This document shows, piece by piece, positions 10,176 to 19,945 of a stretch of 64,000 nt of DNA (position 1 is its first letter; each line of letters opens with the position of its first letter). Location: IMG/VR virus record IMGVR_UViG_3300037110_000087, positions 186,001 through 250,000 of that record; one strand, written 5' to 3'. Below the pieces are notes generated by a model that did not search any database, was not told the DNA's origin, and was given only the letters and a program-made list of their open reading frames with translations. Position numbers and translations under genes: made by a program.

Positions 10176-10960
10176 AAAATACCTAACTCCCTCAAAAATC
10201 TCATTGACTCATGTTCATAATCGAGAGCATTGCGCAGTTGCTGCTTGGCCCTCCCGATATCATGGCAGGATTCTACTGCATTAACCCTATTCTTCCAATA
10301 ATTAACGGATTCTGTTAGAGCAATCTCAAACTCAACCGAAGACATTTTCGTGTCGGTTCCACCGGAAAGCCCAATATGATTCGCAATCAAGGTATCGGGA
10401 TGCATCGGCTCATCCTCGATCAGTTTGGGCAGCATGGTGATGATCTCCCAATCTGCTTCAGCGGATGCTTCATTCTTCTCCATCAATGTCTGATGGGAAT
10501 AGAGAACTACATCCATGAATAGAGCCTGAGGTAGAGTTTCCACCAGAGCATGAATGACTTTTCTGGGTTCTTCACCAAGAACTCTGGGTTTGTAATCAGC
10601 AAACAATAGGGTGTCTTTGGTAATTTCCACGTGCTGGACCGAATAGCCAGCGGGATCAATTGGAACAAGAATGACCCCTTTCCTATACCCTGGCTTCTGC
10701 TTATTGAAATTCGCCTTGATCTCTTTTAATACTCGATCACATTCTTCTCTGCTAATTCCAATGGTTCGATGGAAATAACTACTAAAGGCAATGTTAGGCT
10801 CCTCCACTGGTAATCCAGCAAGGATCATTGCATGCTTGGCTATTTCCATTATGCTGACTTGATCGGTACTAAGAGCAACCATTTGATTAGGGAGATATCC
10901 AAACGCACTGAGGACATTTCGTTCATAAAAACTAAATTCTTCGAACATCTTCTCGTTCAT
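10172..10960 (-). CDS. DUF3228-like protein
   Basis: GYRKGVILVP, LYSHQTL, ADWEII, EPMHPDTLIANHIGLSGGT, ESVNYW. Confidence 0.55.
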   Translation of the reverse strand: MNEKMFEEFSFYERNVLSAFGYLPNQMVALSTDQVSIMEIAKHAMILAGLPVEEPNIAFSSYFHRTIGISREECDRVLKEIKANFNKQKPGYRKGVILVPIDPAGYSVQHVEITKDTLLFADYKPRVLGEEPRKVIHALVETLPQALFMDVVLYSHQTLMEKNEASAEADWEIITMLPKLIEDEPMHPDTLIANHIGLSGGTDTKMSSVEFEIALTESVNYWKNRVNAVESCHDIGRAKQQLRNALDYEHESMRFLRELGIL

Positions 10961-10982
10961 AGAATACTCCCGTATATATAAC

Positions 10983-11009
10983 AAGGCCCTGATTAATAAT
11001 CAGGGCCTT
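10983..11009 (-). terminator. hairpin terminator
   Basis: AAGGCCCTGATT-AAT-AATCAGGGCCTT. Confidence 0.6.
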
Positions 11010-11012
11010 TGA

Positions 11013-11360
11013 TTAGAAATATCGGCTTGAACTCCGCTCTGACTTCCCATTCCAGCAGGAGACTCCTCGCCTCACTTGGGTCCAACCCCATTCGTGATTA
11101 CAATCACCACATCGCACTACAGTCCCACATGGGGTTCCGGATGAAGTCTGATTATGAAGTTCGTAAGTCTTGAAATTGATGGATTGGCAGTTAGGACAGC
11201 ATACCAAAGGTTCAGCATTACGCCGAATATACTCCCAGCGGGTCATGAGGACATCAGGACCTGATTCCCAGGCTTGGCACATGGAACACATTCGTTCCGA
11301 CCAGGGTTTCCAAGTTTTGAGATGACAGAAATGAACTGTGATAATCTCTTCGGGATCCAT
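11013..11360 (-). CDS. Cys-rich Zn-binding hypothetical protein
   Basis: CSMC, CPNC, CGDC. Confidence 0.55.
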   Translation of the reverse strand: MDPEEIITVHFCHLKTWKPWSERMCSMCQAWESGPDVLMTRWEYIRRNAEPLVCCPNCQSINFKTYELHNQTSSGTPCGTVVRCGDCNHEWGWTQVRRGVSCWNGKSERSSSRYF

Positions 11361-11364
11361 GGTT

Positions 11365-11847
11365 TCACCCACAGTAACCGTTGAAGTCAAAAGCCTTCCC
11401 TCTGCGTTCTGCATCAATTCGCAGAGAAAGGGCAACCATTTTTCCGTCGAGGTTAAGCAGCTTATCGAAATGCTGACAGATGAGCAGATTGGGCCAAGCG
11501 TAGCTGCGAACCCTTAGTACCTTCGCCCATGCCTCTTCCACAGAAAGTCCTTGGTGACAAAGGACTCCCCAGGCGGTAGCAGTGCTTCGGCTGACACCCG
11601 CGAAACAATGAACTAGCAGATGAGATCGCTGATGAACCTTGCAGGTTTTCACATGCTCGATCACAGACTTCATTTGCCAGAAATTGGGGCCATAAGGGTA
11701 GGTAGGATCGTCTACGTCTTCACACTGAATGAGAAGATGCTTAGGGCCAACTACCTCAATATTCGAAGGGGAATCGTCCAAGCTAATAATACAATCAGCC
11801 CAGTTGTAGTGCTTGGGTGCACTGGACTTATCGCAGATGATCAGCAT
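11365..11847 (-). CDS. Cys-based protein tyrosine/dual-specificity phosphatase
   Basis: HCFAGVSRS (CX5R) active site, WPN motif. Confidence 0.88.
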   Translation of the reverse strand: MLIICDKSSAPKHYNWADCIISLDDSPSNIEVVGPKHLLIQCEDVDDPTYPYGPNFWQMKSVIEHVKTCKVHQRSHLLVHCFAGVSRSTATAWGVLCHQGLSVEEAWAKVLRVRSYAWPNLLICQHFDKLLNLDGKMVALSLRIDAERRGKAFDFNGYCG

Positions 11848-11857
11848 TTCAAGGTCC

Positions 11858-12145
11858 TTAGGAATTCAATAAGGCGGTGATAGCTTCGGTGTAATACCAG
11901 AGAGCGACAATTCGCTCTGGAGCGTTGTCAGGAACATCCCTAACGTTCATATCATCAAGCTGGTCCTTGGCAAACTTGCCAATCTTTAACAATGCATCCC
12001 AACAGTGATCACGGTCATGTTCCAGGAGTCTCAGAGCCTTTCGAGAAATGATAGCTAGGGTATTAGGGTCCACCCAATCAGTCTGATAATTACGCAGAGC
12101 CGTCTTCAAGCTTTCTATAGCGGTTTCCTTATCTACCTCTAGCAT
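11858..12145 (-). CDS. hypothetical protein
   Basis: SD GGAGG before ATG 12145, downstream of sigma70 promoter. Confidence 0.6.
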   Translation of the reverse strand: MLEVDKETAIESLKTALRNYQTDWVDPNTLAIISRKALRLLEHDRDHCWDALLKIGKFAKDQLDDMNVRDVPDNAPERIVALWYYTEAITALLNS

Positions 12146-12180
12146 AACTTCCTCCGTGGGGAGGCATAATAGCTTTCTCA

Positions 12181-12209
12181 ATTATACCAAAATTCGAACT
12201 CTTTGTCAA
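12181..12209 (-). promoter_or_regulatory. sigma70 consensus promoter
   Basis: TTGACA-N17-TATAAT. Confidence 0.85.
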
Positions 12210-12225
12210 TTCCTCAATCTGCATC

Positions 12226-12951
12226 CTAACCTCCGATCAGAACCTTAAAGAAGCGGTAGATCTTGTACTGCGTGTAGAGCCGGAAAAAGGAAATTGGCTT
12301 ATGCCAGATATCCCAGCCCACATTCATCATTCTGCCATTGAATTTCCAGTAATTATGAATATGACCATGCATCAGTGGACCACCTTCGTCCGTGGGCCGG
12401 GCCTCTGGAAAACGATCGCCCTCTTGGTCAGGATGATCACCGGCATAGGGGAAATGACTGATCTTGACTCTCACCCACATCCATAGGTATTTAACCTCGA
12501 TATGGTCTTCGCCTTCTCCGATCCAATGAATTCCCGCATCCTTATATTTCTGGATCCATTCTTCCCGCTTTTCAGGCTTCTTGGTCTGCATATAGGAAGG
12601 ACGATCATGGTTGCCCAGGAGTAGATAAATGGTTCCATTTAGCAGTTTGACATATTCCAGACTATCAGCCATCTGACCCATAGCCAGATCACCCAGAACA
12701 ATCACCTTGTCCTCTGGATTGACCACTTTGTTCCAGGCATCAACCATATCCCGATTCATCTTTGCGATGTCCTCGGGAGTAGGAGAAGGGGGTTCTTTCT
12801 TTTCCAGTTTCGCCTTGCGAACAAGCTGGAGATCCTTATCAGTAGGGCATCTACCATTGAAATAAGGACGCTTGCAGTAGAAGATAATATTCTTATGTCC
12901 GAAATGTAAATCGGAAGTGAAGTAGGTTTTTTGGAGAGAAGTCAGGTGCAT
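12226..12951 (-). CDS. Metallophosphoesterase (phage calcineurin-like family)
   Basis: SDLHFGH, LGDL, GNHD, SHFP, HGHIH, NVGWD. Confidence 0.88.
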   Translation of the reverse strand: MHLTSLQKTYFTSDLHFGHKNIIFYCKRPYFNGRCPTDKDLQLVRKAKLEKKEPPSPTPEDIAKMNRDMVDAWNKVVNPEDKVIVLGDLAMGQMADSLEYVKLLNGTIYLLLGNHDRPSYMQTKKPEKREEWIQKYKDAGIHWIGEGEDHIEVKYLWMWVRVKISHFPYAGDHPDQEGDRFPEARPTDEGGPLMHGHIHNYWKFNGRMMNVGWDIWHKPISFFRLYTQYKIYRFFKVLIGG

Positions 12952-13092
12952 TTCGCCTCAGAGTTGAAAGTCATTAAAGTCGTCCCAATTGGTTAACTTT
13001 GACCACACTTTGATAATGATTATTACAAGGAGGACGATTACTGCGATTCCACTACCAAAACCCAGCCAGAACATCATCACATTTCCCCTATT

Positions 13093-13470
13093 TTACTCAA
13101 TTTTAACAGGGATGAAACGCGCTTCCTCTGGCGACCATTTGGCTTTCTGGAGAAGCCGATTGAGATCTTCCTTGGCTTCCGGATCATCTTTTCCGCAGAC
13201 TATCCAGCCCTTGCCTGGGGTGAACTTGGCGAACCACCCGAATTCCCGACATTCCACGACTCCTGGCCATTCTCCGGTCCAGAGGATCTTGGGCCATTTC
13301 TCGAATTCCTCGTCGGGACAACCACAGGAAATGGCTTGTCTGCCGCAGTTGGGACAGCGCTCGACATCACATCCTGGAATATGTTCCTCTCCCGGCTTCA
13401 CCGCACAATCAGGGCAGAGTTTCCCAGCCACGACACCAGCACCGATGGCCTTGATCTTCGCGTATGGCAT
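13093..13470 (-). CDS. Cys-rich hypothetical protein
   Basis: CPDC...HIPGCDVERCPNC...SCGC; SD AGGAGG. Confidence 0.7.
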   Translation of the reverse strand: MPYAKIKAIGAGVVAGKLCPDCAVKPGEEHIPGCDVERCPNCGRQAISCGCPDEEFEKWPKILWTGEWPGVVECREFGWFAKFTPGKGWIVCGKDDPEAKEDLNRLLQKAKWSPEEARFIPVKIE

Positions 13471-13479
13471 GGGATCCTC

Positions 13480-13779
13480 CTAAAAGATGACGAGGGGCAG
13501 CGAATTTCGGATGAATTCGCGGAAAGCTGTATCACTGAGCTTCTGGTTGTCCACATTGGCCATGATGGTGCGAAGGAAATTCTCAGCGGGGACAATTGGG
13601 GTTGGAATGGGGCCTAAGCGAATGGGGCCGATCGGGCGTTTGCCTGTACCACCACAATCCAGACATTTACGATCTCGTCCGTCGATGGAAGGTTCACCGT
13701 TGGCCTTGAAATGGCCGTAGCCCTTACAGGATCGACAATCCGGTGCAATAGCGATGTAGTCAACGCGTCTGTTGGTCAT
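13480..13779 (-). CDS. Small DnaJ-type Zn-finger protein
   Basis: CRSCKGYG and CLDCGGTG (CxxCxGxG twice). Confidence 0.6.
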   Translation of the reverse strand: MTNRRVDYIAIAPDCRSCKGYGHFKANGEPSIDGRDRKCLDCGGTGKRPIGPIRLGPIPTPIVPAENFLRTIMANVDNQKLSDTAFREFIRNSLPLVIF

Positions 13780-13782
13780 ACC

Positions 13783-14085
13783 TTACTCCAGAGTAACGAT
13801 GACCTTGGATTTGATGATCACCTTCTTGCCGTTTCTGAGAGCAACAAAGCTCTCGTCATGATCGTCGGTCAGCCGCTGGATCTCCTCAATCCAATCGGGT
13901 TCATCCTCCAGACAATACCATTCGTAGCTGAAGGTGGGTTCGTCACGATCGGGATAGCCATGGCCAGGATTGGTTCTCGACCGTTCATCGCCGGGAATGT
14001 GAATGGTAGAGAACCTGATGATGGCAAGGTGAGCCTCAGTAGGGAAGTCCTTGGGGTTATGGGCGAAATGACCGAATCTGGTCAT
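13783..14085 (-). CDS. hypothetical protein
   Basis: ORF in tight operon. Confidence 0.65.
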   Translation of the reverse strand: MTRFGHFAHNPKDFPTEAHLAIIRFSTIHIPGDERSRTNPGHGYPDRDEPTFSYEWYCLEDEPDWIEEIQRLTDDHDESFVALRNGKKVIIKSKVIVTLE

Positions 14086-14258
14086 ACCTCACCAAGGAAG
14101 AACTTGGTCACAGATTTGTGGAAATAGCGTAGCTTGTTGTCCTTGTGTTGACGCCTCGGGAGGACCCTGATCCTCTGTTCCTCTTCTCCCTGCCGCAGCG
14201 GCCTCTGTTTCTTACGTCTATCCTCGTTCTTTGCCCATAAGGACTTGATATCAAACAT
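14082..14258 (-). CDS. small basic hypothetical protein (58 aa)
   Basis: Below track cutoff; SD AGGAGG, ATGA overlap with next gene; MFDIKSLWAKNEDRRK... Confidence 0.55.
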   Translation of the reverse strand: MFDIKSLWAKNEDRRKKQRPLRQGEEEQRIRVLPRRQHKDNKLRYFHKSVTKFFLGEV

Positions 14259-14266
14259 GGCTCCTC

Positions 14267-14419
14267 CTACGCAGCCTCTGTCTTCAAATTGTCAATGAAT
14301 CGCTCCCCATCCTCTCTGGCGTGGGCGCTATTCGGGAAGACTTCTTCTTTGGGTTTCCCCTTATCCTTGTAACGGACGATCCAAACGTTCCTACCAGGGT
14401 GAAAGATCAGTTCAGGCAT
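14267..14419 (-). CDS. small hypothetical protein (50 aa)
   Basis: MPELIFHPGRNVWIVRYKD...; fills operon gap. Confidence 0.5.
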   Translation of the reverse strand: MPELIFHPGRNVWIVRYKDKGKPKEEVFPNSAHAREDGERFIDNLKTEAA

Positions 14420-14435
14420 GATAAATTCCAAAGAA

Positions 14436-14454
14436 AAGGCCCTTACGGGGCCTT
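14436..14454 (-). terminator. Rho-independent terminator
   Basis: AAGGCCC-loop-GGGCCTT followed by T-rich tract on minus strand. Confidence 0.6.
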
Positions 14455-14628
14455 GAGGCCGAACAGCTTCGTTAGATGCTGAATGATAGCCTGGGCCTGT
14501 TCCTTATCAACCCAGGTAACGACACACTTGTGATCTTTCAGGTAGGGACCATGCACTTCGATCTGAACATCGCCGTAGCGATCAAGGGCATCCTCGATCG
14601 TAAGGTGGTTGTGTTCCCCGGTGATCAT
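14443..14628 (-). CDS. hypothetical protein
   Basis: ORF coupled to upstream stop. Confidence 0.55.
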   Translation of the reverse strand: MITGEHNHLTIEDALDRYGDVQIEVHGPYLKDHKCVVTWVDKEQAQAIIQHLTKLFGLKAP

Positions 14629-15143
14629 TATATCCCCTTGGCCTCACGCTTGGCCTGACCGCGAAGACGGTTGTTGAGGGTCATCTTCTGTCGCCCATGA
14701 TCCAGGTGTTTGTATTTCTCTCGGAGTTCCTGCTCCGGAACACCCAGTTTGAGCGCGGCCAGGGCGTAGGTGTCGCTCAGGTCGCCGGGGAGTTCGACGA
14801 CCACGACATCATCATCGTCGTCAACGATGATGCTCGTGCTGGCGTGGGGTTCGACGGTGAGCGGCAGGATTTGAGTTTCCTCAGTGACCCCCTTATAATC
14901 CTGATTCTGCACCATGGCTTCGGCAGCAGCCTGGGTGCTGCAGGTCCCGATCAGCACCCACTTCTTGAAGCGATTCCACACGATGGAGGGGTCTTCGGGG
15001 TCCTGGCCCTCTTTCAGAGGCTTGACCGGCTTGCGAAGGCGCATATAACCGATGACAGCCAGAGTGTGGCCAACGTAATCATGGGAAGTCCGCTGCAGAG
15101 GGGTTCCATCGGGAGCGATGACACGGTAGATGACTTTGGCCAT
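14628..15143 (-). CDS. hypothetical early protein
   Basis: GC-rich codons, SD AGGAG, directly after sigma70 promoter; C-terminal KYKHLDHGRQKMTLNNRLRG. Confidence 0.7.
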   Translation of the reverse strand: MAKVIYRVIAPDGTPLQRTSHDYVGHTLAVIGYMRLRKPVKPLKEGQDPEDPSIVWNRFKKWVLIGTCSTQAAAEAMVQNQDYKGVTEETQILPLTVEPHASTSIIVDDDDDVVVVELPGDLSDTYALAALKLGVPEQELREKYKHLDHGRQKMTLNNRLRGQAKREAKGI

Positions 15144-15177
15144 TGGAGTTCTCCTACAGGCTTTTAACCCGACTTCC

Positions 15178-15207
15178 ATTATATCATGCGAAAGTATTCC
15201 GTGTCAA
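15178..15207 (-). promoter_or_regulatory. sigma70 promoter
   Basis: TTGACA-N18-TATAAT. Confidence 0.75.
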
Positions 15208-15834
15208 TTTCTCCCAGGATTCATAAAACTTATCATTAATCATTAATTCATCGTCATAAAAGGCATGAAACCATAGGTATTGCCGACTCTTGTAGCCCAA
15301 GCTGATTGAGATATCCCCGATATCGACAATCACCCCGAAGCCATCCAGGGGTGAATAATGGAGCAGAATGGCATCTTCCTGGGCCTGGAAGGGGTCTCTC
15401 TCCACTCTCTTGAGGATTCTGGATATCAGAGTGAGTTGGTTCAGGTGGGGCATCTTCGGAAACTTTGGATGGGCATTCTGACAAAGTTCCAGGAAGGCCC
15501 CTTTATCCATGGAGTTGAGGAAATCCATCTGGAGTGCAATCTGGGAATCTTCTTCCCAATTCCGGGACCTTACCGTGAGGAACCATTTATTAAGATTCCA
15601 CAGGTAGTCTTTCTGGAGCCGCTGGAAATAGCTAGAGGAAGATTCCTCGGCTTTTCTGGCAAGACCGAGTTCCTTTTGAACACTCCTCAACAGGGTATCC
15701 CCAAGACATCCCGCCCATCCGTTAAAAAGCGGAAGGATGGAGGGTTCTGCCTTGAATAGATTTGTTCCCTGTGGAATCTCAAAGGTTATTAGCCTTTGGC
15801 CTAACGAGTTGGTGGTTTTCTCCACGATCAACAT
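15184..15834 (-). CDS. hypothetical protein
   Basis: long ORF. Confidence 0.6.
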   Translation of the reverse strand: MLIVEKTTNSLGQRLITFEIPQGTNLFKAEPSILPLFNGWAGCLGDTLLRSVQKELGLARKAEESSSSYFQRLQKDYLWNLNKWFLTVRSRNWEEDSQIALQMDFLNSMDKGAFLELCQNAHPKFPKMPHLNQLTLISRILKRVERDPFQAQEDAILLHYSPLDGFGVIVDIGDISISLGYKSRQYLWFHAFYDDELMINDKFYESWEKLTRNTFA

Positions 15835-15852
15835 AGCTAGCCCCCATTTTAC

Positions 15853-15881
15853 AGTGTAGCGCAAGGGGAGCTAGCTGTCAA
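15853..15881 (-). promoter_or_regulatory. sigma70-like promoter
   Basis: TTGACA-N17-TACACT. Confidence 0.6.
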
Positions 15882-15887
15882 TTTTAT

Positions 15888-16298
15888 CTAGGGCAGGAGA
15901 GCGACTCCCCCGGTGACGAGAGCCTGTTCCTGAGAAAGGACGGCCATGGCACGAAGGATTACATCGGCCTTGCCCTGGTGTAATACAAAGGATGAGGCGT
16001 TATTTCGATCGTAACCCCCAGGGTAATCCAATCGAGCAATATGTTTCATTTCGAGAATTTCACTAACTGGTTTATCAAAACCTTCGATAGCGACTCTCTG
16101 CTCTACAGTGAAGGTCTTATCCGGATCAGTGACGACGAAGTGAAGCTCAATACCTACGAGAGCCTCAACCTTAAAGCTCATATTTTCGACTTTGACTCTA
16201 GCGTTTTCCAGAAATTCCTGAAATGAAAATTCGACTACACCCTCGGCTGAGTCTACGATGAAGTTCTGTTCGAAGGGAATAGCACGTGGTTGCTGCAT
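15888..16298 (-). CDS. hypothetical protein
   Basis: ORF. Confidence 0.6.
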   Translation of the reverse strand: MQQPRAIPFEQNFIVDSAEGVVEFSFQEFLENARVKVENMSFKVEALVGIELHFVVTDPDKTFTVEQRVAIEGFDKPVSEILEMKHIARLDYPGGYDRNNASSFVLHQGKADVILRAMAVLSQEQALVTGGVALLP

Positions 16299-16431
16299 TA
16301 AAACATTCCCAAGATCTTATCAAGTAACTGTCTGGCCCGATCTTCCTGTTCATTTGCTGGAAGATAACCAATAAGACTGATAGCTGCCTCTATGTATGCC
16401 ACTTTCTGTTCTTCTGACATGTTTGCTCCTA

Positions 16432-16641
16432 TTACTCGTCCGCGACGAGTTCAAATGTTTCCACTCTTGTAACCTCTTCCTCAAGAGGATCATGATAATT
16501 GACAACATTGAATAGATCGACATCATCGTCTGCGTCAATCTGTTCCTTGTACCCTTCGTACTTTTCTCTTGTCATCCTGATCGTTTGGTCGAATTCGACC
16601 CTAGCCCGACAGACAATGTGAACGGTTACCATTTCGCTCAT
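16432..16641 (-). CDS. hypothetical protein
   Basis: SD AGGAG. Confidence 0.6.
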   Translation of the reverse strand: MSEMVTVHIVCRARVEFDQTIRMTREKYEGYKEQIDADDDVDLFNVVNYHDPLEEEVTRVETFELVADE

Positions 16642-16649
16642 GGTTTCTC

Positions 16650-16967
16650 CTATTTAAGAATCGGGAACAGGTTGAGATCCCTCAGGTCCTTTACGGTCAG
16701 CCTTTGATAGTCGACATAGAGCCGAGAAATTTCCTCCAACAAGTTCACTCTGGCCATCTCCACCTTGGTTCCATAGCTTTCAGTTACTGCATCAGACTTA
16801 GCATGACTGACAATACTGAAAATCTTCCCAAGGTCTGCGGCTTTGAAACTATCAAGATTGTCCTGGACCTCTCGGAACCATTTATCGGATGCCAAAGGTA
16901 GATCACCAGTGGCAATAAGGATATCTAGGTCGGTTTGATTTCGAATTGTGTTGAGAAGGCTTGGCAT
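16650..16967 (-). CDS. hypothetical protein
   Basis: ORF directly after SbcD-like gene; start uncertain. Confidence 0.5.
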   Translation of the reverse strand: MPSLLNTIRNQTDLDILIATGDLPLASDKWFREVQDNLDSFKAADLGKIFSIVSHAKSDAVTESYGTKVEMARVNLLEEISRLYVDYQRLTVKDLRDLNLFPILK

Positions 16968-16968
16968 A

Positions 16969-17985
16969 CTAATTAGCATGATTTTTGATAATCTCCTGGG
17001 CTTCTTTAACAGCCATTTCGATGATTTCTGGTTCAAGTTTATTACGTTCCAGTACAGTGTTTAGACCTGATAGTGGATCACCAAAGTCAATCTGATTGTC
17101 GACCACAATCTCTTCCGCTGTGGTATCCTGCTTCTCTTCAAGCAGCTGGATACTAATTACGTTCGTAGGATAAGCATAATCAAGGAACTTGCTAATGGTC
17201 TGGACCCGATAAAGGACCGCAGGGTTGAAGTCCGGGAGCTTGTCATAAATCTTCTCAGTCTTTAGTGGGATTGCGGAGATTAACGGAACTTGCTCTCTTT
17301 GTCTGGTGTCGGTGTCGTAGATCTCAAATCCCTTCTGTCCACCCTCACCAAAATTAAGTTGGCAAATGCTACCAGGATAGAAGGCATTACTACCAATAGC
17401 CTGTCTCAGATGAATATCACCTAAGAACCATTGTTTGATCCGATCGGCTCGATAATTGAACTCCCAGCCTTTCATGGCCTGAGAGTGATTATCATAAAAG
17501 CAACCCTTGGCTGCATAATGGGCTACTACGTGATCGATCTCAGGATCAGTATCTAGGGTTTCACTGATTCTCCCAGTGAACATATGAGATGCCCATAATA
17601 CTCTACCGAAACATTCATTGGTCGCTTCAAGATCTAAGTGCCATTTGATGTTGGAATGGGTGCAGAACGCTCTGGCTGGGTGAAGACAGGTAATATGAGC
17701 GTCAATATCTTCATGATTTCCACTAATAATATTGACCTGAGCCTGTTCTGCAAGTGTGAGCAAGAACCAAGCCAACAAATTGTATTCCTTACTGGTGGGC
17801 TTGTTTTTGTCCAGTAGATCACCACCAAGAATTACGTAAGTAATATTGCTGGTAATGATCTTATCAATAATTTCTTGGAGGACTTTTTTATGTCTCTGAA
17901 GGTAAAATGGACTCTCTGCTTCAAGATCACTATACCATTGACGACCACTTCCGATATGAATATCTGCGATGAAAGCTAATTTCAT
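16969..17985 (-). CDS. SbcD/Mre11 (T4 gp47-like) nuclease subunit
   Basis: ADIHIG, GGDLLD, SGNHE, VAH, LGDIH, YPGSICQLNFGE. Confidence 0.85.
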   Translation of the reverse strand: MKLAFIADIHIGSGRQWYSDLEAESPFYLQRHKKVLQEIIDKIITSNITYVILGGDLLDKNKPTSKEYNLLAWFLLTLAEQAQVNIISGNHEDIDAHITCLHPARAFCTHSNIKWHLDLEATNECFGRVLWASHMFTGRISETLDTDPEIDHVVAHYAAKGCFYDNHSQAMKGWEFNYRADRIKQWFLGDIHLRQAIGSNAFYPGSICQLNFGEGGQKGFEIYDTDTRQREQVPLISAIPLKTEKIYDKLPDFNPAVLYRVQTISKFLDYAYPTNVISIQLLEEKQDTTAEEIVVDNQIDFGDPLSGLNTVLERNKLEPEIIEMAVKEAQEIIKNHAN

Positions 17986-18230
17986 TTACCCTTCCCTTTT
18001 ACAGCCTCAACTACTCTTTTAATATCCTCAATTGGGATAGATCCTTTGCAGGGTGGTTCCATCACCACACGATCCTTGCAGGAGAGTTCAACGAAAAGCT
18101 CAAATTCCTCGCCATTCAGATCAGTGATATAGGCATGTCCCTTGTCCTTCTCATCCTTAAAGAAGAATTTGATACCACATTTTTCTCTATTCTGATATAC
18201 GAGGTCAAAAACCTTCTGAGCCAGACTCAT
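17982..18230 (-). CDS. hypothetical protein
   Basis: ORF from MSLAQKV, overlaps neighbours. Confidence 0.55.
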   Translation of the reverse strand: MSLAQKVFDLVYQNREKCGIKFFFKDEKDKGHAYITDLNGEEFELFVELSCKDRVVMEPPCKGSIPIEDIKRVVEAVKGKGK

Positions 18231-18693
18231 AAACCATCCTTTGATAGGTGTCCCATAGATTAACAATAGGGATCTTACCTGTAGCGTATCTGATGCAATT
18301 ACCAGTCCCACCAGAACTCCCATCCCATAAGGCTACTAACTGTTCAGCGTTGTCTACCATAAATTCATTCCTGATCTGCATAGCCCTGGGACTATATTCT
18401 TCGCAACAATAGTGCACATACTTAGCCCCACTGAGAAGCCAATTCCAGCGATTTTGAGATTGTTTGGGCCACTGACTGGCTTGGGAAGGACACGGCACTG
18501 CTGCAGTAAAAGGAATCCTTAAAATATCAGCAGCCTCTGCAACAGCCATATCCCAACCAAGAGCCATACCGGTGATGATCTCATCTGGTCGATTCTTGGA
18601 GAAGTAAATGATAGCCGTTTTTGTCAGTCGTGTATCAACTTCTCTCCCATATCCTAGTTTAGACCCTCTATGTCCTGTAACAGCGGTTATCAT
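18205..18693 (-). CDS. SLOG family (YspA/DUF1273-like) protein
   Basis: AVTGHR, TGMALGWD, RNEFMVD, WDGSSGGTGNC. Confidence 0.85.
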   Translation of the reverse strand: MITAVTGHRGSKLGYGREVDTRLTKTAIIYFSKNRPDEIITGMALGWDMAVAEAADILRIPFTAAVPCPSQASQWPKQSQNRWNWLLSGAKYVHYCCEEYSPRAMQIRNEFMVDNAEQLVALWDGSSGGTGNCIRYATGKIPIVNLWDTYQRMVYESGSEGF

Positions 18694-18694
18694 A

Positions 18695-19414
18695 TCAATA
18701 TCCTTGTTCCTTATGATAATTATCATGACATTTCTTACACCAAGTAACGCCGTCTTCAAGTTTGTGTTCCTGGACGATAGCATTAATGAAGTTTTCTATA
18801 TCAGTCTCGGGAATTTTGGTCCTGACAAGTCCAACAATACTCGCGAACCTCCGGAGATGATGGACTACGAGTTTTACCACACTTCCACATTCCTGGCACT
18901 TAAAATTATCTCTTTTCATTATCGGATACACAAAGTAATGGTTAATTCTTTCTCTCGAAAGTTTTCTCCAACCTGTAATCCCACCTTTCCAACTTCTATG
19001 TTTAGATCCCTGTGCCCAAGGATGTGGTCTTCCAAGAAGTCCCTCAGATGGAGTCCTAACAGTGATCTTACATTGTACAAGACCTGTGAGAACTGTCCGA
19101 ACAGATAGACCAAGATAACTAGCGATCTCTGTAGTTGATTTCCCCTCTATAGTATACAATTGATGCATTAAAATTGGATTTCTTACTTGTTTTCTTGGAT
19201 TCATTGGATCAAGTTGGTTGATGACATTGTGAGAAGAATTTTCTTGTCCACTTCTTGAGGCTGAGTACATTTTGGTTTTTCTCTGTCCCAATATATATCC
19301 AACGCCGGTTTTGCTTATTCCTACAATATCAGCAGTTTTGCGGATGCTTTTGACCAAGAGATAAACTCTCTCAACTTCATTCCATTTTTCTACAGGTATT
19401 GGCTTTGCCATCAT
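18695..19414 (-). CDS. HNH endonuclease with N-terminal HTH domains
   Basis: RDNFKCQEC, VHH, TWCKKCH; WKGG motif. Confidence 0.8.
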   Translation of the reverse strand: MMAKPIPVEKWNEVERVYLLVKSIRKTADIVGISKTGVGYILGQRKTKMYSASRSGQENSSHNVINQLDPMNPRKQVRNPILMHQLYTIEGKSTTEIASYLGLSVRTVLTGLVQCKITVRTPSEGLLGRPHPWAQGSKHRSWKGGITGWRKLSRERINHYFVYPIMKRDNFKCQECGSVVKLVVHHLRRFASIVGLVRTKIPETDIENFINAIVQEHKLEDGVTWCKKCHDNYHKEQGY

Positions 19415-19944
19415 TGACCAAACCAGTCAACGTCATCATGACCTTCTGGCTTATAGCCCTCCTCGAAGGGTTGCGGCTTTTCGAGTATCGCCACAATCTC
19501 GGCATCTGTCATTTGTATACCATTCTGGTATAGTTGATTGAAGGCGTTTAATTTTTCTGGAATAAGCAGGAGTTCGGATAATCGTTTTATACTCTCTGTA
19601 GGAACTGGCGGATCGAATAAATTGTAACCAACATCCTTTTGGACTATTTCTTGACAGTTAACGGGTTCTTCCGAGCTATAGAGATCGAACCAATCAACCT
19701 TGGCTAATATCGCGGCAACATCAGCAGGAATTGGCTTTTGTGATGCCACGAAATCGTCGACAAATTTGCCAAAAAGCGCATCAATTGTCTCTTCTGAACT
19801 CTTTGGTATTTCGGTCCATTCAACCGGTGTCTTGGGACGAATGTAGTCGTCAATTCGATGCCAAGCCGCAAGTGCTTCCTTATCATCGTGACCGATAGAC
19901 GCTAAAAGGAAATCCAGATCATCATGTATATTATGTTCGTCCAT
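19411..19944 (-). CDS. hypothetical acidic protein
   Basis: ORF. Confidence 0.55.
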   Translation of the reverse strand: MDEHNIHDDLDFLLASIGHDDKEALAAWHRIDDYIRPKTPVEWTEIPKSSEETIDALFGKFVDDFVASQKPIPADVAAILAKVDWFDLYSSEEPVNCQEIVQKDVGYNLFDPPVPTESIKRLSELLLIPEKLNAFNQLYQNGIQMTDAEIVAILEKPQPFEEGYKPEGHDDVDWFGQ

Positions 19945-19945
19945 G

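Noticed and set aside
16969-17985. MKLAFIA also fits the Ala7 leader pattern
   Set aside because: It is the normal first beta-strand before the DxH motif of Mre11/SbcD. It shows the pattern can arise by chance, so it was not counted
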